This document shows positions 63,203 through 64,000 of a stretch of DNA of 64,000 nt, piece after piece. How positions within the stretch are numbered: position 1 is the first letter of the stretch; every line of letters begins with the position of its first letter. The position numbers were made by a program, and so were the translations under genes. The notes beneath the pieces are model-generated. The model had not been told where the DNA came from, did no database searches, and saw only the letters and a list, made by a program, of their open reading frames with translations. The DNA comes from an uncultured Candidatus Saccharibacteria bacterium (GTDB lineage: Bacteria > Patescibacteriota > Minisyncoccia > Phycocordibacterales > JAKAEA01): positions 208,144 to 272,143 of the forward strand of contig CAZNZK010000001.1 in assembly GCA_964577595.1 (NCBI GenBank). The letters are read 5' to 3'.

Positions 63203-63985
63203 TTACTCGCCAGTGATGGGGAAAATCGCTCCAGACCCTTTCGTTAACTCTTCGACTATATTTTTGTTTCCGGCTATAAGATTAGTATTTTTATAGTCAT
63301 ATGAAGTACTTCCAATATTGGCCACAATACCACCCGCCTCCGAAACAAGCAGGCTTCCTGGGGCAAAATCATAATCTTTACCAAATGGATCAAAACATAT
63401 TCTGGCCTCTATCTTCCCGGTAGCAACTAAGACAAACTCGTAGCCTGAACTTATTGTCTGGAGCAGGAGTGATTTAGCTCTTACCTTATTTCGGATTTCC
63501 ACATTTTGTGGTTTAGTCTGATTAGTTTCCAACGCCACAACAGATTGATTTACTGGACGACTGCTTACACTAATCTTTTCTCCATTTTTAAAAGCACCAA
63601 CACCCTTTTCCGCGTGATACATGATGTCGTTTACAAAATCATAGATTGCTGAGAAAATCACTTGACCATCCTGAATCAAAGCCACCATGGTTGTGCAAAA
63701 TGGAGTACCTCGCACAAAATGCATCGTCCCGTCAATTGGATCAACGAGCCAGAGTTTCTTGGCATCACGACTTCCCCCAAACTCCTCACCAGCAAATTCA
63801 ATGGAGGGGTCTATTTTCTTAAATTCTTCAGCAAGATATGTTTCTACTTTACGATCAAGTTCCGTAACCACATTATGTGGAGACGAGTCTTTTTGAGCGG
63901 CTATTTCCACCTTTCCCCAAAAAGGCAGTGTAATGTCTCTCGTTGAACGAATAATGGGTAAAACTTTTTGAGCAATATTTTTCAT
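63203..63985 (-). CDS. Inositol monophosphatase/CysQ-family phosphatase.
   Basis: WLVDPIDGTMHFVRG (DPIDGT motif). WDhAAG-like region ...DFAPGSLLVSEAGG. Confidence 0.8.
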   Translation of the reverse strand: MKNIAQKVLPIIRSTRDITLPFWGKVEIAAQKDSSPHNVVTELDRKVETYLAEEFKKIDPSIEFAGEEFGGSRDAKKLWLVDPIDGTMHFVRGTPFCTTMVALIQDGQVIFSAIYDFVNDIMYHAEKGVGAFKNGEKISVSSRPVNQSVVALETNQTKPQNVEIRNKVRAKSLLLQTISSGYEFVLVATGKIEARICFDPFGKDYDFAPGSLLVSEAGGIVANIGSTSYDYKNTNLIAGNKNIVEELTKGSGAIFPITGE

Positions 63986-64000
63986 ATCTTTAGAATTTCA

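Overview
The window is a mostly minus-strand bacterial chromosomal segment: two tRNAs, housekeeping genes, transporters and many secreted or membrane proteins. About 50% GC by eye, no obvious Shine-Dalgarno usage, and the tRNAs have no encoded CCA. This is compatible with a small-genome uncultivated lineage such as CPR/Patescibacteria, but that is unproven. Three things stand out.

(1) A single 18,552-nt gene (30299..48850, minus strand) encodes a 6183-aa secreted protein. Its layout is: signal peptide, Thr/Ser-rich linker, N-terminal globular region, about 49 Gly-rich GLUG-motif repeats, 23 tandem fibronectin-III-like repeats, a small C-terminal domain, a 22-residue poly-Gly tract, and a terminal dockerin-like double calcium-binding repeat. 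It is immediately followed in the same operon by two membrane-anchored proteins (29627..30292 and 27910..29640) whose N-terminal domains look like cohesins. This appears to be a non-cellulosomal cohesin-dockerin system for displaying a giant fibre on the cell surface. A divergent winged-helix regulator with a perfect palindromic operator (49029..49470) and a sortase (49739..50323) lie just upstream.

(2) A lower-GC putative integrated element (about 499..4618) sits next to tRNA-Val. It carries a large serine recombinase whose 3' end overlaps the tRNA, a Rep-like protein preceded by a perfect 11-bp inverted repeat, and a roughly 290-nt non-coding region (583..872) with three nested long-range helices. 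That region is a candidate single-strand origin or structured RNA.

(3) A low-GC run of small same-strand accessory genes (60804..63985: NUDIX, two nucleotidyltransferase-fold proteins, an HExxH protein, an IMPase) is separated by three copies of a roughly 30-nt intergenic repeat, which looks like a cassette array or a shared regulatory element.

The rest is ordinary: FKBP, LOG, adk, rsmG, MacAB-like efflux, ECF sigma/anti-sigma, a cytochrome b5 plus ferric-reductase-like pair, glgA plus GH57, M23 peptidase, DEAD-box helicase, ABC-F, aquaporin, a heterodimeric ABC exporter, and tag. No CRISPR arrays or rRNA genes were seen.
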